DNA of 64,000 nt from Alphaproteobacteria bacterium (GTDB lineage Bacteria > Pseudomonadota > Alphaproteobacteria > Bin95): the NCBI GenBank assembly GCA_963665325.3, contig CAXXWS020000004.1, positions 192,001-256,000 on the forward strand. The letters are read 5' to 3'. The translations under genes and the position numbers were made by a program. Below, in pieces: positions 63,385 to 64,000 of the stretch (position 1 is its first letter; the number at the start of each line of letters is the position of its first letter). The notes below the pieces were generated by a model that worked only from the letters and a program-made list of their open reading frames with translations, was not told the DNA's origin and did no database searches.

Positions 63385-63389
63385 AATCG

Positions 63390-63998
63390 TCAGAACATCC
63401 GGGAAATTCCGAAGACGGCGCCGTGATTGCTGTAGGCATTGATCGGGATATTGGAGCGGTTTCGTTCGTAGAAATAGCCGACATAAGGAGCGAAACCCTG
63501 AAATTGTAGCGTACGGTAAAGCAGGTTTACCGACACACGCATCTGCCGGTCGAAGCGCGTTTTCCGAAACAGCGCGTCCTTGTCTCCATAGCGCCGCCAA
63601 CGGGTGGAAATCCGGGGCGAAATGGAAAAACCCCCATGGAAGGCATGAGAGAATGCAAGCGCCAGTCCGCCCATGCGGTTTCCGAAGCGGTCCTCCTTGG
63701 CTCCGACATGCTCCAGGTCGAGTTCGACACGCAACGTCGTTCCAGAGTTCAGCGCATAGTTGAGGCCGGGACGCAGGTTGACGACCCATCCGTCCAGGCC
63801 GGACTGTTCCGGGTGAGCGCGACGTTCGGCACCGAGCGCGGCATCGAACCTCAGGACCGGCGAGAGCCTCAGGCGGCCGCGCGTCCAAGGGCCGACGCCG
63901 GTGCTGTGATGGTCCCCGCCAAGCCAACGCTGGGCGATGCGAAGGCCGCCCGAGGTACTGCCCCGGTCGAACAGCCGGGCGGTTCCGACATCGCCCTG
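63390..63998 (-). CDS. Slam / DUF560-like outer-membrane beta-barrel, C-terminal part (runs off window end)
   Basis: Frame is open to the window edge; amphipathic strands ending GFAPYVGYFYERNRSNIPINAYSNHGAVFGISRMF (terminal Phe, SNIP..Y motif). Confidence 0.75.
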   Translation of the reverse strand, partial: QGDVGTARLFDRGSTSGGLRIAQRWLGGDHHSTGVGPWTRGRLRLSPVLRFDAALGAERRAHPEQSGLDGWVVNLRPGLNYALNSGTTLRVELDLEHVGAKEDRFGNRMGGLALAFSHAFHGGFSISPRISTRWRRYGDKDALFRKTRFDRQMRVSVNLLYRTLQFQGFAPYVGYFYERNRSNIPINAYSNHGAVFGISRMF

Positions 63999-64000
63999 TA

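Larger units (their letters stand above)
52050..64000. mobile_element. Accessory mobilizable region (MOBF relaxase, RHH cluster, cargo genes, IS); boundaries uncertain
   Basis: Starts at an AT-rich junction at about 52050-52370; contains relaxosome genes, low-GC cargo, an IS and an integrase remnant; no att site identified. Confidence 0.55.

Noticed and set aside
52050-64000. Complete self-transmissible ICE
   Set aside because: No VirB4/T4SS, coupling protein or intact integrase in the window; these could lie beyond the right edge.

Overview
High-GC DNA from what looks like an alphaproteobacterial chromosome (gene orders bamD-recN-ligA and hemC-hemD-COG4223-hemY divergent from tsaD-gpsA; Cys-free L36). 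About 4.3-52 kb is mostly housekeeping and catabolic genes: IlvD/Edd dehydratase, EamA transporters, PcaB-like lyase, dapD/dapE, rpmJ, infA, ligA, recN, bamD, lpxC, cofC plus an LLM oxidoreductase, TauD, a Liv-type ABC transporter with an acyl-CoA ligase, and heme genes. Features the ORF track misses: a tRNA-Sec gene (2548-2642), a BCP/PrxQ peroxiredoxin with TGA at the catalytic Cys position and a SECIS-like hairpin (38353-38793), rpmJ, and a partial LuxR HTH gene. Accessory DNA: a truncated tyrosine integrase at the left end; a 1.1-kb GIY-YIG mini-island bounded by a duplication of a gene 3' end; and, from about 52 kb, a MOBF relaxase region with three RHH paralogues, a zincin surface lipoprotein, an IS1634-like element and a Slam-like exporter. 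The most unusual signal is a two-copy dispersed element (2786-4138 on +, 11139-11519 on -). It has a conserved promoter-like motif, a structured leader and three CATGAC boxes at exact 10-bp spacing. One copy carries an orphan terminase-small-subunit-like gene and the other appears internally deleted. All calls come from reading the sequence; no searches were run.
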